From positions 180,001-212,000 of the forward strand of contig JBAZRV010000001.1 in the NCBI GenBank assembly GCA_041662745.1: DNA of 32,000 bases, read 5' to 3'. Below are positions 1 to 9,104 of this stretch, one piece after another; position 1 is the first letter of the stretch, and each line of letters starts with the position of its first letter. The notes under the pieces are model-generated. The model did not search any database. It was not told where the DNA came from and saw only the letters and a program-made list of their open reading frames with translations. The position numbers were made by a program, and so were the translations under genes. Origin of the DNA: Patescibacteria group bacterium (GTDB taxonomy: Bacteria > Patescibacteriota > Patescibacteriia > 2-01-FULL-39-33).

Positions 1-1001
1 GCGATCCGGCGCAAAGATTCCAGGAGGACTATACTCGCATGTTGCGCGGTATCCGTTTTGTCTGCCAGCTTGATTTCGTTTTAGAGCCGGCTACTTATGA
101 AATCATAAAAGCCAAGGCGGAAAAAATAAAAACCATCGCGCCGGAAAGGATTAATGAGGAGTTTACGAAGATTATTACATCTGACAGTCCGGAAAAAGGC
201 ATCAGGTTAATGCAGGCTGTCGGTTTGCTTCAGATCCTGATTCCGGAATTGTCCGCCGCTTTCGGCGTGACGCAAAACTTGCACCATATTTATGACGTTT
301 TTGAGCATAGCGTCCGGGCGGTTCAAGCCGGAGCCGACCGTGGCTTTAAGCTGGAAGTCCGCTTGGCCGCGCTTTTTCATGACATCGGCAAACCGCAAAC
401 CAAAGAGGGCGACGGCCCTAAATCAACTTTCTATAATCATGATATCGTTGGCGCAAAAATCGCCAAGAAAATCCTGCGTCGCCTGAATTATTCCAATGAG
501 ACTGTGGACTATGTCACTCACCTGGTTCGTTACCATATGTTTTATTACGCTTTGGATATTGTTTCCGATGCCGGCGTACGCCGCTTGTTAGCGCGTTTGG
601 GCAAAGATCATATTGATGATTTTATCGCCGTGCGCATCTGTGATCGTTTGGGCATGGGCCGGCCCAAAGCCAAGCCCTGGAAACTCGTCCAATTGGAACG
701 GCGATTCAAAGAAGTGCAGTTGGATCCGATTACGCCCAAAATGCTGAAGCTTAAAGGCGATGAACTTATGAAGCTTTTAGATATTATGCCGGGACCGCGC
801 GTCGGCCTGATCTTGAATGCCTTGCTGGGCGAAGTATTGGAAGAACCGAAGAATAATGATCATGAGTATTTGGTTAAACGGGCTAGGGAATTGCAGAAAT
901 CATCTGATGGAGAATTAAAGCAACTTAATCCGGATGTGAAATTTTATGACGAAGAAAGAAAGCGGAACTTGCATCGTGTCAATCCCAGCGATGACGCTTA
1001 A
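1..1001 (+). CDS. cca: CCA-adding tRNA nucleotidyltransferase, C-terminal part (5' end upstream of window)
   Basis: The frame is open from base 3 and reads DPAQRFQEDYTRMLRGIRF, matching the conserved ED-x-x-R-x-LR-x-x-RF helix of the CCA-adding/poly(A) polymerase family. An HD motif follows (LFHDIGKP, RYHMFY). Stop codon at 999-1001. Confidence 0.85.
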   Translation, partial: DPAQRFQEDYTRMLRGIRFVCQLDFVLEPATYEIIKAKAEKIKTIAPERINEEFTKIITSDSPEKGIRLMQAVGLLQILIPELSAAFGVTQNLHHIYDVFEHSVRAVQAGADRGFKLEVRLAALFHDIGKPQTKEGDGPKSTFYNHDIVGAKIAKKILRRLNYSNETVDYVTHLVRYHMFYYALDIVSDAGVRRLLARLGKDHIDDFIAVRICDRLGMGRPKAKPWKLVQLERRFKEVQLDPITPKMLKLKGDELMKLLDIMPGPRVGLILNALLGEVLEEPKNNDHEYLVKRARELQKSSDGELKQLNPDVKFYDEERKRNLHRVNPSDDA

Positions 1002-1043
1002 AAATTAAAAAACCCGGCCGAAACCGAGTTGGGAAGGTGCCAT

Positions 1044-1343
1044 TTATTGCTTGAAGAATTTTTCTATGCCGGCGAGGCGCCGTTCCAGGGACTGACGGAT
1101 CCTCTCCTTGATTATTTTTTTAGCCTCCGTCGGCACGGTACAGCTGGGATCAATGTTTTCCGGAGGAACCATTTTGTCGGTGTAAACCTTGTAGTCGTGG
1201 ACATTGAGAATATCGCAGACGTAGAGTCCTCTGAGCTGGTTAATGGCGGTGACCCAAAGAATATTGCCGGTTCTGGCGTTGGCGGCGATTTGGAAATAGT
1301 AACAGCCGATTTTAATGTCGGGATTCAGTGTTTGCTTAAGCAC
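1044..1343 (-). CDS. hypothetical protein (99 aa)
   Basis: GTG start at 1343 with a strong SD (GGAAGGAG, 1350-1357 on the + strand) 6 nt upstream. The overlapping + strand ORF 1029-1349 has no RBS and looks like antisense noise. I recognise no family. Confidence 0.6.
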   Translation of the reverse strand: MLKQTLNPDIKIGCYYFQIAANARTGNILWVTAINQLRGLYVCDILNVHDYKVYTDKMVPPENIDPSCTVPTEAKKIIKERIRQSLERRLAGIEKFFKQ

Positions 1344-1379
1344 AATTAACTCCTTCCCTGTTTTTACAGAACAATCTTT

Positions 1380-2348
1380 ATGTCAGATAATATTATTACA
1401 ATTGGTAAAGAAAGTCAAGGCCGGCGCCTGGATCTGTTTTTGGTTGAAGAACTGGGACGGACACGATCGCAGGTTCAAAAGTTGATTAAGTCCGGAGCGA
1501 TTGCGGTTAATGGCGGTCAGCCGACCGTGCATCGGTTTTTGAAAGAAAACGACTCCATTATCATTACGGAACCGGCCAAACCGGCTGATAATCCTAAAGG
1601 TGGAAAGAAGCTGGCTGTTCCCGTTGATTCTCATCGGGATGGCAAATTGCTCTGGCCCAAAATCAAGATTATTGATGATAATGACGAATATTTGATTATA
1701 GAAAAACCGGCCGGACTGTTGGTGCATCCGACCGATCAAAATGAAACCGATACGTTAATGGATTGGGTGATTGCCAAATATCCGCAAATTAAAAAAATTG
1801 GCGAAGATCCGGCGCGCGCCGGCATTGTTCATCGTTTGGATCGCGAAGTGTCCGGATTGATGGTTATACCGAAAACCCAAGACGCGTTTGATTACTTTAA
1901 AAAACTGTTTAAGACCAGGCAATTGACCAAGAAATATCTGGCCCTGGTTTATGGCCGAGTCGGTCAGGATGCGGGCGAGATTAACTTCCGCATCGGCCGG
2001 GGTAAATCCGGCGAAGGCAAATTCGCCGCTTTTCCTGTCGCCGCCGAAGCCGGTAAAGTCGCCAAGACATTGTTTACCGTTAAGCAGAGGTTCAATAATT
2101 ATACCTTGTTGGAATTGGAGATTTTGACCGGCCGCACTCACCAGATTCGCGTACATCTTTTTGCTTTAGGCCATCCGATCGTCGGCGATAATCTTTATCG
2201 CAATAATCGCCTGAAAGAAAAACTTAGGCCGGGACGGGTATTTTTGCACGCTTACTATTTGGGTTTTAAGAATCAGCAAACTGAAGAAAAGATTTATCAA
2301 TCCGAATTGCCGGCAGAATTGGCGCAAATATTGAAAAAATTGAAATAA
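1380..2348 (+). CDS. rluD: RluA/RluD-family 23S rRNA pseudouridine synthase with N-terminal S4 domain
   Basis: S4-like N-terminus (RLDLFLVEELGRTRSQVQKLIKSGAIAVNG). Catalytic motif HRLDREVSGLMVI. GRTHQIRVHL motif present. Confidence 0.9.
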   Translation: MSDNIITIGKESQGRRLDLFLVEELGRTRSQVQKLIKSGAIAVNGGQPTVHRFLKENDSIIITEPAKPADNPKGGKKLAVPVDSHRDGKLLWPKIKIIDDNDEYLIIEKPAGLLVHPTDQNETDTLMDWVIAKYPQIKKIGEDPARAGIVHRLDREVSGLMVIPKTQDAFDYFKKLFKTRQLTKKYLALVYGRVGQDAGEINFRIGRGKSGEGKFAAFPVAAEAGKVAKTLFTVKQRFNNYTLLELEILTGRTHQIRVHLFALGHPIVGDNLYRNNRLKEKLRPGRVFLHAYYLGFKNQQTEEKIYQSELPAELAQILKKLK

Positions 2349-2367
2349 TTAAAATCAATATTTTATA

Positions 2368-2410
2368 AAGAACATCATTATTTTATATTAGTGATGTTTT
2401 TTTATTTTTT
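2368..2410 (+). terminator. rho-independent terminator of rluD
   Basis: AAAGAACATCA (2368-2378) pairs with TGATGTTTTTT (2392-2402) and is followed by a long T tract. The loop is rather large (about 13 nt). Confidence 0.55.
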
Positions 2411-2527
2411 GTTCTATTTCGCGGGGTTGGTCTAAAAATTAGGCGATTAAGCGAACTCGCATTAACAAACTTGGCTATAGCCTTGTGGCAAGCTCTGATG
2501 CTTGGCATCGGGGTAAATCCTTGGCGC

Positions 2528-2556
2528 TTGACAAAAATCATTAGTTGTGATATACT
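2528..2556 (+). promoter_or_regulatory. sigma70-type promoter
   Basis: TTGACA (2528-2533), 17-nt spacer, TATACT (2551-2556). The -35 is a perfect consensus match. Confidence 0.6.
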
Positions 2557-2715
2557 GGAATATCCGATATGAAACGGATGAAGATTAGTTGATTATTGTT
2601 TTTTCATTTTAATTTGCCGGCAGATGGTAGTAGAAAGTTTTTCTATTGCCGTTTGCCGGTAAAATGACTCCACCAACCCGGCAGATCCTTTGGGATCGGA
2701 GTCAGAAAGACGGTT
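2557..2715 (+). promoter_or_regulatory. long structured 5' leader (candidate cis-regulatory RNA)
   Basis: A 19-bp uninterrupted hairpin (2617-2635 pairs with 2641-2659) includes 4 G-U pairs, so it only folds as + strand RNA. A second stem GACTCC/GGAGTC (2666-2671 / 2698-2703) encloses the hairpin GATCC-TTTG-GGATC. The motif CCGGCAGAT occurs twice (2617-2625 and 2678-2686). Confidence 0.4.
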
Positions 2716-3159
2716 ATGGACAAGCGCGATCAGATGATTTTGGCAGTGGCCAGCGCGGCTCACGAGGATTGGCGGGCGCAGTATCGAGCCGCTAATGGCG
2801 ACAAACCGCGAGTGAAGAAAACCAAGGACCCGGCCTTTAACGCGCGCGGCATTACGGAGGTGGACATCGCCTCCTTATCTTACGAAGAATTGCCGACCGA
2901 CTGGCAAGCCGAAAACAAGGCCGGCGCCGAAGTTGCAGTGGACTGCATCCTGGTCGCGGTTGATCAGGGTCGAGCCTTGGATGATAACTTCATTATTGAG
3001 GACTTTATTGAAGAAGCCGCCGCCGTCCAGCACGAGAAGTGGCTGGAGAGAAACGGCGCCTGGGCACCGGAAAGCCAGAAGCTCCCCTACGCCGATTTGA
3101 GCGAGGAGGAAAAGGAGAAAGACCGTTTCTTCGTCCGGTGCGCTATTGAAGCGTTGTAA
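2716..3159 (+). CDS. RyR-domain-like protein (two degenerate repeats), 147 aa
   Basis: The C-terminal half (VQHEKWLERNGAWAPESQKLPYADLSEEEKEKDRFFVRCAIEAL) fits the RyR domain pattern HE-W...GW...P...L-EEEK-DR as I remember it. The N-terminal half (AHEDWRAQYR...YEELPTDWQAEN) is a weaker copy. A hand-counted 120-nt sample is about 60% GC. Confidence 0.6.
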   Translation: MDKRDQMILAVASAAHEDWRAQYRAANGDKPRVKKTKDPAFNARGITEVDIASLSYEELPTDWQAENKAGAEVAVDCILVAVDQGRALDDNFIIEDFIEEAAAVQHEKWLERNGAWAPESQKLPYADLSEEEKEKDRFFVRCAIEAL

Positions 3160-3210
3160 GCATTTGAAGCGCTATAAAGCATCAAAGCACCGTGATTTTT
3201 AGTCCCTTTA

Positions 3211-3246
3211 GGGGCGTTGACTGTTTAGTCGGCGCCCCGTTTTTTA
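3211..3246 (+). terminator. rho-independent terminator
   Basis: GGGGCGTTGAC (3211-3221) pairs with GTCGGCGCCCC (3228-3238), an 11-bp stem including two T-G pairs. A T6 run follows. Confidence 0.75.
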
Positions 3247-3272
3247 AAACCTACTCCGTCGCTTGCCAGGGA

Positions 3273-4079
3273 TCATCCGGTTGGCGGCGTTTTTTGTTTG
3301 ATTAGGGTTTTCAGGTAATGGTTCAAATCAATTTTCCTGGCGGAGAATTTCATGGTTTCATACAGCGCCTTAAGCGCCAATCTAATGCTGTCGTTTTTTA
3401 TCTTAACCACGATTTTTTTCTCAAAGTTTATCAAAACCACTTCCTTGTCCAGGATTAAAATATCCATATCAAAATCAATCAGTCCGTCGCTGACCAAATA
3501 CATTACAGTCAGACGGTTTTCATAGGTCTTTAACAAATAAAGCGGCAGATCACTAAAGTATTCCAACGAGCTCTCTCCGGCGACGCCTTCAATGATTATT
3601 TTTTTCTGTTTGAATTGATTTTGGATGTCGTTTAAATAACCGTAGCTTAAGGATTTTTGCGCTTTGACCGATTTGTTGCCTTGGATGGCATAGACGCGGC
3701 TGTTTTTGTTGATTTTCAACGACTGGCGATAGGCATTCAGAACCGCCGCCTGGCTTTTAAAAATCTCCACGCCGATATCCGGCAGATTAATCAGCGCCCG
3801 GGAAAGCGTCAGATTGAAAAAGCCGTACAGCGAATTTATTTTTTCCGCCAAATTGTTTTCATCGGCCAGCCGCCATTCAAAGTGGCCGCCGATTTTTGTT
3901 TTTTTGATTATCCCCCGCTCTAACAGTTTGTTCAATAGGAAGTTAACCGTCGTTCTTTTGACTTCGGTTTTACGGGAGATTGCGGTCGGCGTTAATCTTT
4001 TCTCGCCGCCAAGCGCTTGAATAATTTTTATTTCCCCCGGCTGAAGTTCCAGAAAAGACGGGGTGTTTTTGTGTTTCAT
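3273..4079 (-). CDS. winged-helix (TrmB/MarR-like) transcriptional regulator with uncharacterised C-terminal domain
   Basis: The N-terminal region EIKIIQALGGEKRLTPTAISRKTEVKRTTVNFLLNKLLERGIIKK is a typical wHTH. I recognise no family for the remaining ~190 aa. Confidence 0.75.
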   Translation of the reverse strand: MKHKNTPSFLELQPGEIKIIQALGGEKRLTPTAISRKTEVKRTTVNFLLNKLLERGIIKKTKIGGHFEWRLADENNLAEKINSLYGFFNLTLSRALINLPDIGVEIFKSQAAVLNAYRQSLKINKNSRVYAIQGNKSVKAQKSLSYGYLNDIQNQFKQKKIIIEGVAGESSLEYFSDLPLYLLKTYENRLTVMYLVSDGLIDFDMDILILDKEVVLINFEKKIVVKIKNDSIRLALKALYETMKFSARKIDLNHYLKTLIKQKTPPTG

Positions 4080-4098
4080 ATATTAGCATCATACAAAA

Positions 4099-4115
4099 TG
4101 ACAAGATTATTGTCA
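4099..4115. promoter_or_regulatory. palindrome TGACAA-N5-TTGTCA, candidate operator
   Basis: A perfect 6-bp inverted repeat lies 20 bp upstream of the wHTH gene start, within the divergent intergenic region. Confidence 0.3.
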
Positions 4116-4233
4116 AAAATAATAAGTAATTTTGTTTAAAATTAGAGCAAAAATTAAATTGGCTTGATTTTATTAGATTAATGGCTACTGGTCAATTATA
4201 CTTCAGGTTAGATAACAGATAAACGGCGAATAT

Positions 4234-4410
4234 ATGGAAAATAAAGAACAAAAATGGCAAAGCGTTTGCGTCATGGGCGCTTGTCCGGAATTTCTGCCAA
4301 CTAAGGAGGGTATAAAGCTTAGAAATTCCAACCAACCGGAAAAAGTTGTTGACTTTTCTCAAGAAGAATGGCGGGAATTGCGGGAAGCGTTTATAGAGAA
4401 GAGAATTTAG
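4234..4410 (+). CDS. small DUF397-like protein (58 aa), not in the ORF track
   Basis: Hand translation gives MENKEQKWQSVCVMGACPEFLPTKEGIKLRNSNQPEKVVDFSQEEWRELREAFIEKRI. It follows the DUF397 pattern W-x-S...C-x-E...(v)-RdS-x-x-P...l-F-x-x-x-x-W-x-x-F. The SD is weak. Confidence 0.45.
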   Translation: MENKEQKWQSVCVMGACPEFLPTKEGIKLRNSNQPEKVVDFSQEEWRELREAFIEKRI

Positions 4411-4463
4411 TTTTTTACAAGATAAGCAAGAGATAAGAACAATAGGGAAGGAATAGATAAATC

Positions 4464-4847
4464 ATGCCGGAGCAAAAGCTTTGCGATATGCTTGATAAGG
4501 TTTTAAAGAAAGCCGAGGCAGATAAACGCCGCCAACAATTGCAAGATAATATTCGCGCAAAAAAAGAAATTAGCCGGTTGATAAATCCGGAAATTAAAGC
4601 TATCATTGACGGCTTGCCGGAAGCGTTAACAGCCAAGGCAAAACTTGGCGAGAATGGGATTGATTATGTGATATTAGGAGATAGACGCGGTTATCTTGAC
4701 AAGTTGTCATGCAGGCAAGAGTTTAACGAGCTGACTCCCATAATTAATTTATTTAAATTTTGTCAGAGGAACGGCTTGAAGCTTAAAGTGGATACGAATT
4801 ATTATCCTTATCTTAATTGCGTCGCTGTATTAAGGATTAATTGGTAG
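4464..4847 (+). CDS. hypothetical protein (127 aa)
   Basis: ATG start preceded by GGGAAGGA (4445-4452). It follows the DUF397-like ORF by 53 nt on the same strand. No family recognised. Confidence 0.7.
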   Translation: MPEQKLCDMLDKVLKKAEADKRRQQLQDNIRAKKEISRLINPEIKAIIDGLPEALTAKAKLGENGIDYVILGDRRGYLDKLSCRQEFNELTPIINLFKFCQRNGLKLKVDTNYYPYLNCVAVLRINW

Positions 4848-4937
4848 TTAGCAGTCGGAAAGGGAATATAATCATGTTTATGCGCGCCACTAATGAATAT
4901 AGTAGAGCATTAAGTGAAAATGAATTCCAATTTGTAC

Positions 4938-4977
4938 AAAAAGACCTCGGAATTATCCGAGGTCTTTTATTTTTTTA
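4938..4977. terminator. bidirectional rho-independent terminator (serves 4464-4847 and groEL)
   Basis: A 13-bp perfect stem AAAAGACCTCGGA / TCCGAGGTCTTTT has an ATTA loop. A run of A's lies upstream and a run of T's downstream. Confidence 0.85.
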
Positions 4978-5019
4978 TTTTAGTTATTTGCCATAAACCA
5001 TAAGCTATACACCATGTCT

Positions 5020-6684
<1,665 letters not shown>

Positions 6685-6727
6685 TTAATAATCAAATTAC
6701 AAAATACAATAATCAAAAGATATAAAT

Positions 6728-7000
6728 CTATTCAATCACTGCCAGCACGTCTTCCGCTGACAGGATTTTGTATTCTTTATCATCAACCTTTATTTCATCT
6801 CCGGCGTATTTGCCGCAGATTATTCTGTTGCCCGGTTTCAGTCCGAGCTTAGATACTTTTTCGCCTTCGCCGATGGCGATGACTTCGCCCTCCGCTTTCT
6901 TTTCTTTGGCCGTATCCGGCAAGATAATGCCCGATTTGGTCATTTCCTCTTCTTTAATGGAGGCAACCAGTACGCGGTCGCCTAACGGTTTAATGTTCAT
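6728..7000 (-). CDS. groES: co-chaperonin GroES (10 kDa)
   Basis: MNIKPLGDRVLV...KSGIILPDTAKEK...GEVIAIG is classic GroES. It lies 61 nt upstream of groEL. Confidence 0.97.
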   Translation of the reverse strand: MNIKPLGDRVLVASIKEEEMTKSGIILPDTAKEKKAEGEVIAIGEGEKVSKLGLKPGNRIICGKYAGDEIKVDDKEYKILSAEDVLAVIE

Positions 7001-7029
7001 ATGATTTTTTTATTAATAATTTTAGTCAA

Positions 7030-7063
7030 TTGTCGCTTAAATTATATTGTCGCTTAAATTATG
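7030..7063. repeat. 17-bp tandem direct repeat x2 in the groES 5' UTR
   Basis: TTGTCGCTTAAATTATA (7030-7046) and TTGTCGCTTAAATTATG (7047-7063) match at 16 of 17 positions. Confidence 0.8.
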
Positions 7064-7080
7064 TTGATGATTTTTTCCGA

Positions 7081-7107
7081 TTAGCACTCATAATGTAAGA
7101 GCGCTAA
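7081..7107. promoter_or_regulatory. CIRCE operator (HrcA binding site)
   Basis: TTAGCACTC-ATAATGTAA-GAGCGCTAA compared with the consensus TTAGCACTC-N9-GAGTGCTAA shows one mismatch. It lies between the groES promoter and the groES start. Confidence 0.85.
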
Positions 7108-7123
7108 CTGCTTAACTGAGGGT

Positions 7124-7152
7124 ATTGTAAGAGATAGACGGCTCTTTGTCAA
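7124..7152 (-). promoter_or_regulatory. groES-groEL sigma70-type promoter
   Basis: On the minus strand: TTGACA (7152-7147), 17-nt spacer, TACAAT (7129-7124). CIRCE begins 16 nt downstream. Confidence 0.7.
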
Positions 7153-7164
7153 GGGTTTTTTAGG

Positions 7165-7193
7165 TTGCGTTTAGAGTGGTTTTCTGGTATAAT
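7165..7193 (+). promoter_or_regulatory. sigma70-type promoter for the LysM/M23 gene
   Basis: TTGCGT (7165-7170), 17-nt spacer, TATAAT (7188-7193). It overlaps the first possible start codon of the ORF. Confidence 0.5.
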
Positions 7194-8562
7194 CAAACAG
7201 GTAAAAATAACAATAACTGCCAAGTATATTAAGAAACAATGGGACAAACTAATAACGCGGTTATTAGCTTTTTTGTTAAGAGGCCTGCTTAAGTCAGGCG
7301 AGTTTTCGGTTTGGTCGGGGAGACGTTTGGCGATAGTCTTAAAGCCGGTGACGCAGTTGATTTTTAAGTCTGTCACCTTGCCCCTGTACGGCAGGTATCT
7401 GTGGCTGAAATCGCAGTTGGCCAAGAATGCTTCGCAGCGAACCGATAAATTTTTATTGCTTTTGACTAATCGTTATCTGTACCATGTTCTTCTGGTGTTG
7501 CTGGGTGTCGGCGTGGTTACTTCCAACCTGCTGGCCTATGAGAATAAGGAGGATTACGGACAAAACGCTCTGGTTTATAAATTAGCCGGCCTAAGCGATA
7601 TTGAGATTATAGAAGATTCCAATAATATTTTTGAGGATACCAAAGTTTACAATTATCAAGATCAGGGATTATATGTGCAAGGCAATTTTTATTCTGACAG
7701 CCAAGGCGTTGATCAGGATAATATTTTTACCGATCAGGCGATGGTCCAAGGAGATTTGGCTTTAATCAAACCGGTTGTTTCTACCGATGAAGCCAAAAAT
7801 ACAGTCGGAGTTATTCAGGAGTACGAGGTGGTCCAAGGCGATTCTATCGGCAAGATCGCATCCAGATTCGGCGTATCAGTCAACACGATTTTGTGGGCGA
7901 ATAATTTATCTTTCTCGTCCTATGTTAAGCCGGGACAAAAATTGATCGTCCCGTCAATGAGCGGCGTAGTTTATAAAGTGGTCAAAGGCGATACGGTTTC
8001 CAAAATCGCCAAAAAGTACGGCATACCCGAAGCTAAGATTGTTGAGGCTAACGCTTTGAACGAGGATAGCTTGACTATTGGCAAACTGGTCATCGTGCCC
8101 GGCGCCAAGATTATTGAAACGGCCAAGCCGCGCGTCGTAGCCGCCGCCGCCGTACCGGCTCGTACTGCCGCCGATAATAATGTGGTAGTGCAAGGCACCG
8201 GTCGCATGAGTTGGCCTAACGGCTGTTATCGCATTTCGCAATATTATAAGGGCTGGATTCATACCGGACTAGATATCGCCTGTCCGTGGGGTACGCCGCT
8301 TCGAGCCGCCGACTCGGGTACGGTTACTCGCGTCCAATATGGCAGAACCGGTTACGGTTATAATGTGATTATTAATCATGGCGGAGGCATTCAAACGCTT
8401 TATGGCCATATGAGCAGGATTGATGTGGTAGTCGGCCAGAGCGTTGAGAAAGGCGAAGTAATCGGCGCCGAAGGTTCTACCGGACGTTCCACCGGACCCC
8501 ATTTGCATTTTGAAGTGCGCATTAACGGCACGCAAGTCAATCCTTTGGGCTATATTCGCTAA
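7165..8562 (+). CDS. LysM-domain (x2) M23 family metallopeptidase, membrane-anchored
   Basis: Two LysM repeats (YEVVQGDSIGKIASRFGVSVNTILWANNL; YKVVKGDTVSKIAKKYGIPEAKIVEANAL). M23 motifs are HTGLDIA and GSTGRSTGPHLHFEV. An N-terminal TM helix is present. The true start is probably downstream of 7200 (candidates TTG 7273, TTG 7327, GTG 7348), because the predicted promoter sits at 7165-7193. Confidence 0.88.
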   Translation: MRLEWFSGIIKQVKITITAKYIKKQWDKLITRLLAFLLRGLLKSGEFSVWSGRRLAIVLKPVTQLIFKSVTLPLYGRYLWLKSQLAKNASQRTDKFLLLLTNRYLYHVLLVLLGVGVVTSNLLAYENKEDYGQNALVYKLAGLSDIEIIEDSNNIFEDTKVYNYQDQGLYVQGNFYSDSQGVDQDNIFTDQAMVQGDLALIKPVVSTDEAKNTVGVIQEYEVVQGDSIGKIASRFGVSVNTILWANNLSFSSYVKPGQKLIVPSMSGVVYKVVKGDTVSKIAKKYGIPEAKIVEANALNEDSLTIGKLVIVPGAKIIETAKPRVVAAAAVPARTAADNNVVVQGTGRMSWPNGCYRISQYYKGWIHTGLDIACPWGTPLRAADSGTVTRVQYGRTGYGYNVIINHGGGIQTLYGHMSRIDVVVGQSVEKGEVIGAEGSTGRSTGPHLHFEVRINGTQVNPLGYIR

Positions 8563-8595
8563 GTTGTTATTTTAGGAGTTATCATAGACAACCAC

Positions 8596-8624
8596 TTGAC
8601 AACTTAAAGTTAATCTGCTAATAT
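8596..8624 (+). promoter_or_regulatory. sigma70-type promoter
   Basis: TTGACA (8596-8601), 17-nt spacer, TAATAT (8619-8624). The inverted repeat ATATTG-N6-CAATAT (8621-8638) overlaps the -10. Confidence 0.55.
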
Positions 8625-8688
8625 TGGATATTCAATATAGAACTTTAAAGTATAATTGATCTAACCGCAAAACAAGAAGGAGATGATC

Positions 8689-9087
8689 ATGGCAATTCAG
8701 ATTTTGTGCATTGGTTGCAATCGGCTGTTTGTAATGACACCGGCCAATACTTTTTATGCTCCCATTACCGATGGCAAGCATATGGAAGCAATCAGCTTGA
8801 AAGTTTCTTGCCCGCATTGCCAACGAGAAAACTCCGCGGAGCTTCATGCGCCCAAGCCGAATGATCGGGAACATGACGGAATCAAGCGGAAGTATGTTGG
8901 CGAACTCAGTTGTGCCGGTCGATTTACTCCCGCTTCGGCGCCGGATCTTGGCAAACCCCAGCAGGAGAACCGGTCGTCCGACCTATCGGCTGCCGCAGTG
9001 GAGGGGCAAAAAGATGCGCCCCCAGTCAAAGAGGATACAGCGCATCGAGCGGGTTGGTTTGGCTGGCTGGTTGGCCCGGAAAGATGA
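8689..9087 (+). CDS. hypothetical zinc-ribbon protein with GC-rich disordered tail
   Basis: SD AAGGAG (8677-8682) lies 6 nt before ATG 8689; the ORF-track ATG 8683 abuts the SD. Cys pairs CIGC and CPHC are present. The C-terminal half is about 60% GC (hand count of 8881-9000), with several overlapping ORFs. Confidence 0.55.
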   Translation: MAIQILCIGCNRLFVMTPANTFYAPITDGKHMEAISLKVSCPHCQRENSAELHAPKPNDREHDGIKRKYVGELSCAGRFTPASAPDLGKPQQENRSSDLSAAAVEGQKDAPPVKEDTAHRAGWFGWLVGPER

Positions 9088-9104
9088 ATTATTTTTGAAC
9101 AAAC

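Noticed and set aside
1029-1349. 106-aa + strand ORF
   Set aside because: It mirrors the minus-strand gene 1044-1343, which has a strong SD and GTG start. This ORF has no RBS and an implausible sequence.
4874-4996. 41-aa ORF (MFMRATNEYSRALSENEFQFVQKDLGIIRGLLFFYFSYLP) with an AAGGGA-like site upstream
   Set aside because: Its second half is encoded by the 13-bp terminator hairpin and T tract (4938-4977), so the apparent coding potential is probably a by-product. I left it unannotated.
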